From an uncultured Acidobacteriota bacterium (GTDB taxonomy: Bacteria > Acidobacteriota > Thermoanaerobaculia > UBA5066 > Gp7-AA6): 64,000 bases of DNA. The notes beneath the pieces are model-generated. The model did no database searches. It was not told the DNA's origin and worked only from the letters and a program-made list of their open reading frames with translations. Of the stretch, positions 38,723 through 47,063 are shown one piece after another. Where the stretch lies: contig CAVTEW010000001.1 in assembly GCA_963733955.1 (NCBI GenBank), forward strand, positions 745,639 through 809,638, read 5' to 3'. The first letter of the stretch is position 1; each line of letters starts with the position of its first letter. The position numbers and the translations under genes are program-made.

Positions 38723-40567
38723 ATGAGCACGTCCCTCCCCGGAGCGAGCGAGCCGGTCCCGCGCACGTTTCGCCGGGAATCGCGGCTCTTTCTGGCCATC
38801 GCGCTCCTGCTCATCCTGTTCCTGAACTTCCTGACGCTTCTCTTCTTCCGCCAGTCGGTCCGGTGGGGCGCCCGGGAGACGGAGCTGCGGGCCTCCCAGA
38901 TGCTGCGGCGGATCGCCTTGTCCGGCTCGGAGCCCCGCGACGCCCTGGATCGCTCGGCGCTCGAAGAGAACGTCCTGTTCGCCGGCCAGTACGACGCGCG
39001 CAATCACCGCATTCGAGGAGTCGGACACGAGATCGAGGCGCCGGCCATCCTGCCCGTCGGGCGTCCCCTTCCCGGACGACTCGCGCTGCAATGGAGATCG
39101 TCGCCCGCCTACCTGCTCGGAGCGCTCAACGCCCCCGAAGGAACGTTCGTCGTGGCGCTGGATCCGGGCCCCGGCGGCGCGTTGCTGACCTACGAACGCT
39201 GGGCCACGATCCTGGTTCCGCTGGCCGGACTCGCCTTCGCCGTCCTGGCCTGGCTGTACCTGAGGTCCCTCCTCGCCCCCTACGAACGCCTCCTGGCGAC
39301 CGCGGGCTCTGCGCCGACCCCGGCCGGCGCGCCCCCGGGCAGGGAAGACGAGCGGGATTTCCTCATCCGCAAGTTCCAATCGACCATCGACGCGCTTTCG
39401 GACAAGGAACGGGAGCTGGAAGACCTGGCGCGCCATGAGAAGGAGCGCGCCGACGACCTGGAGATCGCCGCCCGCACGCTCGCCCGCAACCTGCCGACCG
39501 GGCTTGTCTCGGTCGACCGCGAAGGGCGGTTAGTCGAGCTCAACGAGGCGGGCCGGGAAATCCTGAACGTCGCCGGGGAGGTCCGGGGGTTGGACCTCCC
39601 GTCGGTTCTGGGGGACGCGTCTCCGTTCGGCGCCGTGATCGATGCTGCGCTGCGGCAGCGGGAAGCGGTTTCCCGCCAGGAGGTCGTCCACGGAGCCGGC
39701 GAGGCCGTCCGCGTCCTGGGCGTGACCGCCACGCCGGCGCACGGAGCCGACGGCCGCTTTCTCGGCGTGCTCGCCCTGTTCTCCGATTTGACCGAAGTGC
39801 GCCGGCTGGAGTCCCGGATGGCCCTGGCCCGCCACATGGCCGCCCTCGGCGAGGTGTCCGCCGGAGCCGCGCACGAGTTCCGCAACGCGGCCGCGGCCAT
39901 CGACGGTTTTGCCGACCTGGCGCTGCGGGATCCTGGCCGGGCTCCCGATCACCTCAAGGCGATCCGTCGCGAGGCGCAGGAAATGAGCCGCGTGACGCGC
40001 GATTTCCTCCTGTTCGCGCGCCCCGAGGAGTTCGTTGCCGAGCGTGTGAGCCTGGAGAGCGTGACGCAGGACGCGGTCGCGGAGACCGAGCGCGCGTTTG
40101 ACGGCGTCGCGGTGAGCCGCTCTGGGGCCTTTCCCGTCGTGCCGGGGTCCCCGGTGCTTCTGCGCCGGGCCGTGGCCAACCTGCTGCGCAACGCCGTGGA
40201 GGCCACGCCGCGGGAGCGTCGGGAAATGCCCCGAGCGGTCGAGCTCGTCGGCGAGACCGGCGACCGCGAGACCGTGCTCAAGGTCGGCGACCGGGGAGAG
40301 GGCGTGGACCCGTCCGACCGGGAAAAGATCTTCCTGCCGTTCTACTCGAGCAAGGCGGGAGGCGCCGGATTCGGGCTGGCCATCGTGGCCCGGATCGCCG
40401 AGCTCCACGGCGGCACGGTGGACGTGACGGCCCGGCCGGGAGGCGGGGCGGTGCTCACTTTACGTTTGCCGCTGACTTCCCGGGAAACGGAGTCGCCGAG
40501 CTCGTCGGGCGAGGGGTCGTCGATCGCGTCTCGGTCCCCGCGCTCAACCCCGCGAGCATCGCCTTGA
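38723..40567 (+). CDS. PAS-containing sensor histidine kinase, PilS-like
   Basis: Two TM helices, PAS, AHEFRN H-box, NLLRNA N-box, DRGEG, FLPFYSSK, GFGLAI; pilus context. Confidence 0.85.
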   Translation: MSTSLPGASEPVPRTFRRESRLFLAIALLLILFLNFLTLLFFRQSVRWGARETELRASQMLRRIALSGSEPRDALDRSALEENVLFAGQYDARNHRIRGVGHEIEAPAILPVGRPLPGRLALQWRSSPAYLLGALNAPEGTFVVALDPGPGGALLTYERWATILVPLAGLAFAVLAWLYLRSLLAPYERLLATAGSAPTPAGAPPGREDERDFLIRKFQSTIDALSDKERELEDLARHEKERADDLEIAARTLARNLPTGLVSVDREGRLVELNEAGREILNVAGEVRGLDLPSVLGDASPFGAVIDAALRQREAVSRQEVVHGAGEAVRVLGVTATPAHGADGRFLGVLALFSDLTEVRRLESRMALARHMAALGEVSAGAAHEFRNAAAAIDGFADLALRDPGRAPDHLKAIRREAQEMSRVTRDFLLFARPEEFVAERVSLESVTQDAVAETERAFDGVAVSRSGAFPVVPGSPVLLRRAVANLLRNAVEATPRERREMPRAVELVGETGDRETVLKVGDRGEGVDPSDREKIFLPFYSSKAGGAGFGLAIVARIAELHGGTVDVTARPGGGAVLTLRLPLTSRETESPSSSGEGSSIASRSPRSTPRASP

Positions 40568-41678
40568 ACGATTCCCGGTCGAGGGCCCGGTCCAGGGCCT
40601 CCTCCGGAAGCACCACGTTGTGCCGGACCAGCTCGGCCAGGCTCTGGTCCATCGAGATCATCCCCTTGCTCTTCCCGGTCTGGATCAGGTTGTTGATCAG
40701 CGAAGTCTTCCCTTCGCGGATCGCGTTGGACAGGGCGGTGGATCCGATCAGGATCTCGAAGGCGGCGGCCCGGCCCTTGGTGCGCTTGCGCAGCAGCTGC
40801 TGGGCCACCACGGCCCGCACCGTCTCGGCGAGCACGATGCGGATCTGCTCCTGCTCATCGGCCGGGAAGGCGTCGATGATCCGGTCCACCGCCTTGGCCG
40901 CCGAGTTGGTGTGGAGGGTGGCGAAGACCAGGAGGCCCGTTTCCGCGGCGGTCAACGCCATCCGAATCGTTTCCAGGTCCCGCATCTCGCCGACCAACAG
41001 GCAGTCGGGGTCCTCGCGGATGGCCGCCTTCACGCCGTCGGCGAAATCGGGGACGTCCGGGCCGATCTCCCGCTGCGTGAAGATGGCGTGGTCGTTCCTG
41101 TGCACGAACTCGATGGGGTCCTCGATGGTGATCACGTGATAGGCCAGCCGCTTGTTGACCCGGTCGAGGATGGCTGCGAGGGTCGTGGACTTTCCGCTTC
41201 CCGTCGGTCCGGTGACCAGGATCAGGCCCCGCTGGGCCTCGAAGAGGGCCGCGACCGGGCCGGGAAGGGACAGCTCTTCGGCCGTGGGGACGCGCGACGG
41301 GATCAGGCGGAACACCGCGGCCGAGCCCCGCTCCTGGCGGAACAGGTTCACGCGGAACCGTGCCTGGGCTCCCATCTGGTAGGCGAAGTCCACGTCGCCG
41401 GTCTCCTGGTACGTCGCCCAGATCCGGGGAGGAGCGATCGGTCCGACCAGGTTGTAGAAGTCGCCCTCGGTCAGGGACCGGTAGCGGATGCGCTCGAGCT
41501 CGCCGTCCAGGCGAAGGACCGGCGGAGAGCCGACGGCCAGGTGAAGGTCGGACCCGTTGCGCTTGGGGAGGACCGAGAGGAACCGGTCGATGCGGTTGGC
41601 GCCGACCGAGATGATGTCGATCTCGCCGACCTGGACCGTTTTTTCGCCGGCCGCCGCGACGGGGTTCTCGGCGCTCAC
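40455..41678 (-). CDS. pilT: Type IV pilus retraction ATPase
   Basis: SDLHL, RFRVNLF, GPTGSGKSTT, TIEDPIE, REDPD..LVGEMRD, AETG, TLHTNSA. Confidence 0.9.
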   Translation of the reverse strand: MSAENPVAAAGEKTVQVGEIDIISVGANRIDRFLSVLPKRNGSDLHLAVGSPPVLRLDGELERIRYRSLTEGDFYNLVGPIAPPRIWATYQETGDVDFAYQMGAQARFRVNLFRQERGSAAVFRLIPSRVPTAEELSLPGPVAALFEAQRGLILVTGPTGSGKSTTLAAILDRVNKRLAYHVITIEDPIEFVHRNDHAIFTQREIGPDVPDFADGVKAAIREDPDCLLVGEMRDLETIRMALTAAETGLLVFATLHTNSAAKAVDRIIDAFPADEQEQIRIVLAETVRAVVAQQLLRKRTKGRAAAFEILIGSTALSNAIREGKTSLINNLIQTGKSKGMISMDQSLAELVRHNVVLPEEALDRALDRESFKAMLAGLSAGTETRSTTPRPTSSATPFPGKSAANVK

Positions 41679-44170
41679 GCGACGACCTCGTCGGCGGGCA
41701 GCAAGGCCTCGAACATCTCCTTGCGCAGCGCCCGGTCGTAACCGACGCGGGGCTCCACGATCCCGTCGTTGACCAGGGTCAACAGCGCGTTGTCCATCAG
41801 CACCATCCCCATGGCGGCGCCGGTCTGCATGGCCGTGGGGATCTGGAACGTCTTCCCTTCCCGGATGAGCCCCGCGACGTTGGGAGTGTTGCGGAGGATC
41901 TCGAAGGCGGCCACGCGTCCCGCCCCATCGCGGCGCGGCAGGAGGGTCTGCGAGAGGACCGCCTTCAACGAGTCGGCGACCATGAGCCGGATCTGGGCCT
42001 GCTGGTCGGGCGGGAAGGCGTTGATGATGCGGTCGACCGTGGCCGCCGCGGTCGTGGTGTGCAGCGTGGCCAGGACCAGGTGGCCGGTTTCCGACGCGGT
42101 GATGGCCAGCGAGATCGTCTCCAGGTCCCGCATTTCGCCGACCAGGATCACGTCGGGGTCCTCGCGCAGGGCCTGGCGCAGCGCCTTGGCGAACGAGACC
42201 GAGTGGGAGGGGATCTCGCGCTGGTTGATGAGCGCCTCGCGGCTGGTGTGCACGTACTCGATCGGGTCCTCGATCGTGATGACGTGGGAGCGCTGGCGGT
42301 CGTTGATGTGATCGACCAGGGCCGCGAGGGTCGTGGTTTTCCCGCAGCCCGCCGGCCCGGTGACCAGAACGAGGCCCTGGGAGTAGAGCGTGACATCCCA
42401 GACGCTTTCGGGCAGTCCGACGTCGGTCAGGTTGGGCACGTCGTAGGGCACGACCCGGAAGACGCCCTTCAGTCCCTTGCGCTCGTAGAAGACGTTGGTG
42501 CGAAACCGCCCCAGCTCGGCGTGCTTGTAACAGAAGTCGATCTGCCGGCCCACCCGCAGCTGCTCGCCTTGCGCGCCGGCGAGGATGGGAAGCACCAGCT
42601 TCTCCGCCCGTTCCGGCGTCGTTTCCGCCAGCGGCAGGGGCAGAAGACGGCCGTTGATCCGGACATGGGGAACGACCCCGGCGGCCACGTGCAGGTCGGA
42701 GGCGCCGACCGCGCGGGCGTGCCGCAGCATCTCGTCGATCGTGGGATCGGGCGTCGCCTCGAAGTCGATCGGCGAGAACACGCGGGCCGAGCCGCCGACG
42801 CTGAGGCTGACGGCGACGCCGTCGGTCTCGGCGTGGTTGCGCTCGGCGAGGAGCCGCACCGCCTTGTCCCGGACCAGCGGATCCGGGTCCGCGCGGGTGA
42901 TCGACTCAAGCAGTCCCTGAATGCGCGGATCGGAGATCCGTGCAAAAGCGTCCAGGATCTCCAGACGCAGGTCCTTGGTCCCCTTCTTGTAGGACTCCAA
43001 CAGGCCGGGCAAGGCCTCCGGCGTGGCCCAGATGCCCAGCGCGTGGGCGGCGGAGATGTCCGACTCGGGGTCGGCCAGGAGCTGGAGCAGGGGGGGAAGA
43101 GACCGCGGATCGCGGATCTTGGCCAGCAGCTGGGCCGCGCGGTCGCGCAGCCACCACTCGTTGCCCTGGAGGAAGCGGATGCAGTGGGGCACGACCTCCG
43201 GAGACTCGATCGTCACGGCGATCGAGGCGGCGAGCATCGCGATGTTGGAGTCGGGGTCCTCGTCGCGCTGCAGGAAGGCGCGGATGTACTCGGGGCCGAG
43301 CTCGGCGAGCGCGCCGACGGCCCGCTCACGATCCGGCCCGTAGATCGTTCCGAAGGTCACCAGGAAGGCGTCGGCCACCCGCAGCGGGTCCTGCGTCGCC
43401 AGGATGCGCGAGGCCAGTTGCCGGACCTTGGGATTGAGGTCGGTCAGGAGCGGGAGAATCTGCTCGTTCCAGCGGGCGTCGGCGCGGGCCAGGAGGGGAG
43501 AGAGCGTCGCGATGGCGGCGTCCTTGATACGCGAAGAGTCGTGCCGGCAGTGGCGCAGCAGGGGCTCGACCTGGCCCTCTTCGGGAAACTTCGACATCAC
43601 CTGGATGGCCCGGAACCGCAGGTTCTCGTCGTTGTCGTCCAGCGCTTTGATCGCCAGCGGCGCGGCGCGGGGGGAATTGGTGGCCTCCACGATCGAGAAC
43701 GCCTTGCGCCGCACGGCGACGGACGAGGAGCCCAGCGCTTCGGCCAGCCAGGGGAGGGCCTGCTCGCTCGGGTTGCGCTTCAACCAATCCAGCGCGGCGT
43801 CCACGACGTTCGGATTGGGATGCGCCAGAAACTCCTTGAGCCGAGAGACGAAGGTCGGACCGGCGAGCCACTCGATCGCCTGCATCGCCAGGCGGCGCAG
43901 GGTCTCCGTGCGCGAGGCGAGAATCGGAAAGAGCGCCTCGGCCCCTTCGTCGAAGGGGAAGCGCTGCAGCATCTCGAGCCCGGCCTGGCGCAGGTGCCCG
44001 TCGGGATCGAGGCACATCCACGTGACGTCCTCGGGCTTGAGGCCCTCGAGGGCGCCGACGCGTCGCAGCAGGTCGGCCCGCTCGGCGTCGGTCTTCCAGG
44101 AATGGGCTCGGAGCTTGCCCACGAGAGTGCGGGCTTCCGAAGGAAGAGAGTGGCGTCGTTTTCCCCACAT
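41675..44170 (-). CDS. HEAT-repeat domain fused to a PilT/PilU ATPase
   Basis: ~430 aa of HEAT/PBS-like repeats (LRRLAMQAI, VRRKAF, LRFRAI, VRDKAVRLL), then ASDLHV, GPAGCGKTT, TIEDPIE, REDPDVILVGEMRD. Confidence 0.88.
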   Translation of the reverse strand: MWGKRRHSLPSEARTLVGKLRAHSWKTDAERADLLRRVGALEGLKPEDVTWMCLDPDGHLRQAGLEMLQRFPFDEGAEALFPILASRTETLRRLAMQAIEWLAGPTFVSRLKEFLAHPNPNVVDAALDWLKRNPSEQALPWLAEALGSSSVAVRRKAFSIVEATNSPRAAPLAIKALDDNDENLRFRAIQVMSKFPEEGQVEPLLRHCRHDSSRIKDAAIATLSPLLARADARWNEQILPLLTDLNPKVRQLASRILATQDPLRVADAFLVTFGTIYGPDRERAVGALAELGPEYIRAFLQRDEDPDSNIAMLAASIAVTIESPEVVPHCIRFLQGNEWWLRDRAAQLLAKIRDPRSLPPLLQLLADPESDISAAHALGIWATPEALPGLLESYKKGTKDLRLEILDAFARISDPRIQGLLESITRADPDPLVRDKAVRLLAERNHAETDGVAVSLSVGGSARVFSPIDFEATPDPTIDEMLRHARAVGASDLHVAAGVVPHVRINGRLLPLPLAETTPERAEKLVLPILAGAQGEQLRVGRQIDFCYKHAELGRFRTNVFYERKGLKGVFRVVPYDVPNLTDVGLPESVWDVTLYSQGLVLVTGPAGCGKTTTLAALVDHINDRQRSHVITIEDPIEYVHTSREALINQREIPSHSVSFAKALRQALREDPDVILVGEMRDLETISLAITASETGHLVLATLHTTTAAATVDRIINAFPPDQQAQIRLMVADSLKAVLSQTLLPRRDGAGRVAAFEILRNTPNVAGLIREGKTFQIPTAMQTGAAMGMVLMDNALLTLVNDGIVEPRVGYDRALRKEMFEALLPADEVVA

Positions 44171-44358
44171 CCCGGTTTGTATCCAGTATTCTTCAGTTTA
44201 CGACACCCCTGGAAATGCCCCGGGCAGCCGGCCGTCGGACGCGGTCCGGCCGAACCGTTACCGAAGGTGACGAAGATCGCGCGGGCCACCTCGACGGCTC
44301 CGCCAAGGACCGCGAGGAACGCTCTCTCCGCAATGGACTTAATCGAATTGGCGACCGG

Positions 44359-44374
44359 CGGCACAGGAATCGCT
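44359..44374 (+). promoter_or_regulatory. Putative sigma54 promoter of the minor-pilin operon
   Basis: CGGCAC-AGGAA-TCGCT with GG-N10-GC spacing, 15 nt upstream of ATG 44389. Confidence 0.55.
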
Positions 44375-44388
44375 CAGATAGTGTTCGC

Positions 44389-44988
44389 ATGCTTCGCAGA
44401 CATTCGCATTGTCTCGTCCCCAGGGGGAGGTACTGGACGCCGGCAGCCCGACGCCGCGAACGCGGCTTGACGCTGATCGAGCTGCTGATCGCTCTGGCCC
44501 TGCTCGCGTTCATCCTGCTCGGCATCGCGCCTCTCTTCCTGGCCAGCGTGAAATCCAACTTTTCCGCCAACGAATACACCAGCGTCAACATCCTGGCGCG
44601 GGATCGGCTGGAACAGCTCATGAATCGCCCCTTCCTCGACACCGAGCTCGCTCCGGGTTTTCACGACAACGACCAGATGGCAACCCTGCCGGACCCGACC
44701 GATCCGACCGCGCTCTCGACCGTGCTCAACCCGTTCACGATCACCTACACGGTCGAGCAGTATCAGATCCCCGCCTCCGCTGGGATCGCCGCCAACGCCG
44801 CCTGGACGCCCGCGCTCATCACGGTCGCGGGCCAGCCCTTCCACTACAAACGGATCGACGTGACGGTGCAAACCTCAACGGGGCCGCTCGGCATCGGGTC
44901 CCGCGTGACGCGCGTCTCCGGCGTCCTGAACAACCCGTCGCCAAACGGCAGCCTCTCGGTGCTCGAGTGCTCGGGGACCTGTCCATGA
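44389..44988 (+). CDS. pilV: Minor pilin, PilV-like
   Basis: RERG|LTLIELLIALALLAFILLG; LARDRLEQL; KRIDVTV. Confidence 0.72.
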   Translation: MLRRHSHCLVPRGRYWTPAARRRERGLTLIELLIALALLAFILLGIAPLFLASVKSNFSANEYTSVNILARDRLEQLMNRPFLDTELAPGFHDNDQMATLPDPTDPTALSTVLNPFTITYTVEQYQIPASAGIAANAAWTPALITVAGQPFHYKRIDVTVQTSTGPLGIGSRVTRVSGVLNNPSPNGSLSVLECSGTCP

Positions 44989-46421
44989 GACCGCTTTCGG
45001 CGCGGTTCGGGGCGGCGCAGAGCGGCTTCACGCTGATCGAGATGATCGTGGTCACGCTCCTCCTGGCGATCGCGATGCTCGGCATCCTGGCCGTCTTCGA
45101 CGCCAGCGCCCGGATCAACAAGAGCGAGTCGGAAGTCGCCGACGCCCAGGGCTTCGTCCGCTTCGGCATCGCCAAGATGTCGAGCGCCATTCGGATGGCC
45201 GGCTCCGGCGGGTTGTACGTCACCCAGGCCGTTCTCAATCACAACGATCCGCAGCTGGCCGCAATCGGCGGTATCAGCGTCACCAATTCGGCTCAGCCGC
45301 AGTCTTTCGATAACGTCGAGAGCGGCACGGTGGTGACAGATTTGAACGCGGTCAATCATCCGGTCCGGCCCGGGACCGACATGATCGAGGTGCGCGGCGT
45401 TCTCAACTCTCCCATGATCGGCTTCGACCGGACGACCGGCAACGGCTGCGGGACCTGCACCGGGGTGTCTCCCTTGACGGCCAAGGCCCTGACCGGAACG
45501 GTTCTGACCGGCCAGCACGTCAACGAAGACCCGGCCAACCGCCCGCAATTCGAAGCCATCGACGCCTACACCGCGGGAGCGAGCGCGACAAATACGATGT
45601 TCGTCCTGGTCTCCCAGAACGACGATCTGCACGGCGGCTGCTCGCAGCCCAACGCGCAGAACCCTTCGCCGCAGCCTCAGTATCCCCAGCCGACCTACAA
45701 CGTCGGGATCATCACCCAGCCCACCCAGCTGGCGGCGACCCAGACGTTCGGCAACGTCAACTTCGGGGACGCCACGGCGATCGAGTTCAACAACGAGTTT
45801 CCGGCGGTCAATGGAACCGGGGCTGCTCCGCTGACCGATTGGCTGCGCCACGCGGGAATCATGGACGACATCGTCTACTTCATCGACGACACCGACCCGA
45901 ACCACCCGACGCTCTCCCAGGGCGTTCGGCGCGGCGGGGCCTTCGACGTGGCGCCCCTGGCCGACGACGTGGAAGACATGCAGATCGCCTACGGCTCGGA
46001 CACGGACAACCCGCGCAACGACACGATCGAGCGCAAAACGGTGCCGTCGGCGACCGACAAGGATCAGAACGTCTCCAATCAGATCGGAGGGGACGAATGG
46101 GTCCCCAACGTCCCCGGCGATACCGTGCCCGGAAGCGGCGCCAGTTTTTTCACCGCGAACGATTTCGTCGACAACCCGGGCGGGGCTCCGAGCTCGCACT
46201 GCGTGCGGCTCCACGGCGTCATGATCGCGCTGGTCGCCAAGTCCAAGAGTCCCGACCCGACCTACCGGGCCCCGTCCGCGCGGGGGATTCTCCTCATGAA
46301 CTCGCCGTCGTCGATCGATCCGCCGTTCCCGGACACCGGCCAGTACACCGGCTCGAACCAGTATCGCCGGCGGGTTCAGACGCTCAAGATCAACCTGCGC
46401 AACTACGCGTTTGAAGGATGA
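44985..46421 (+). CDS. pilW: Minor pilin, PilW-like
   Basis: AQSG|FTLIEMIVV; IRMAG; LADDVEDMQIAYG; C-terminal INLRN. Confidence 0.8.
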   Translation: MRPLSARFGAAQSGFTLIEMIVVTLLLAIAMLGILAVFDASARINKSESEVADAQGFVRFGIAKMSSAIRMAGSGGLYVTQAVLNHNDPQLAAIGGISVTNSAQPQSFDNVESGTVVTDLNAVNHPVRPGTDMIEVRGVLNSPMIGFDRTTGNGCGTCTGVSPLTAKALTGTVLTGQHVNEDPANRPQFEAIDAYTAGASATNTMFVLVSQNDDLHGGCSQPNAQNPSPQPQYPQPTYNVGIITQPTQLAATQTFGNVNFGDATAIEFNNEFPAVNGTGAAPLTDWLRHAGIMDDIVYFIDDTDPNHPTLSQGVRRGGAFDVAPLADDVEDMQIAYGSDTDNPRNDTIERKTVPSATDKDQNVSNQIGGDEWVPNVPGDTVPGSGASFFTANDFVDNPGGAPSSHCVRLHGVMIALVAKSKSPDPTYRAPSARGILLMNSPSSIDPPFPDTGQYTGSNQYRRRVQTLKINLRNYAFEG

Positions 46422-46473
46422 AGCGTTTGAAGGATGAACGGCCTTCCAGGGATGAACGGCATTCGAGGGTGAA
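46407..46473 (+). repeat. Four 16-18-nt tandem units ending GATGAA/GGTGAA at the pilW-pilX junction
   Basis: GCGTTTGAAGGATGAA x2, then CGGCCTTCCAGGGATGAA and CGGCATTCGAGGGTGAA. Confidence 0.75.
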
Positions 46474-46476
46474 CCG

Positions 46477-47058
46477 ATGACACGGGCTTTTCGGAACAAT
46501 ACGCGAAGAGGGGAACGGGGAGCCGCGTTGGTCGTGGCGATCCTGGTCCTGGCGATTTTGACCGTCATCGGCATCGCCCTGATGCTGATCACCTCGACCG
46601 AGTCCAAGATCGCCGCCAACGAGTGGTCGGCCAACCGGGCCTTCTACGCGTCCGACGCCGGGATCCGCTGGTCGACCGCGGTCATGGCCTCCGACGTGAT
46701 CAATTTCATGCAGCGCACCGAGTTCACCACGGCCACGGCGCCGTACACCAACTCGCCGTTCGGCACCGTTCTGTTTCCGCTGCCGAGCCACCGCCACGGC
46801 GCGGGCACCTTCTTCACCGGAGACACCGGAGTCGGCACCGACATCTACGTGACGGTCCAGACGCCGAGCCTCCTGGGGCGCCGTTTCGCCCCGGGCTACG
46901 TCATGAACGTGGCCCCCCAGGGGCGGGCCCAATACAACTACGCGTTTGAAGTGCGGTCCACCGGCGGCCAGAACGACGCCCTCCTGCAGTACTCCAAGGC
47001 GCTGCTGGCGGACGTCGAGGTCGGTCCGCTTCCCGATCAACTTCCGTGGATTCGGTGA
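46477..47058 (+). CDS. pilX: Minor pilin, PilX-like
   Basis: ERG|AALVVAILVL (no Glu5); ESKIAAN...RAFYASDAG. Confidence 0.82.
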   Translation: MTRAFRNNTRRGERGAALVVAILVLAILTVIGIALMLITSTESKIAANEWSANRAFYASDAGIRWSTAVMASDVINFMQRTEFTTATAPYTNSPFGTVLFPLPSHRHGAGTFFTGDTGVGTDIYVTVQTPSLLGRRFAPGYVMNVAPQGRAQYNYAFEVRSTGGQNDALLQYSKALLADVEVGPLPDQLPWIR

Positions 47059-47063
47059 AGACA

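Noticed and set aside
46407-46473. Possible CRISPR array (also 38465-38699 and 53796-53875)
   Set aside because: Units are too short and contiguous, with no unique spacers and no cas genes.
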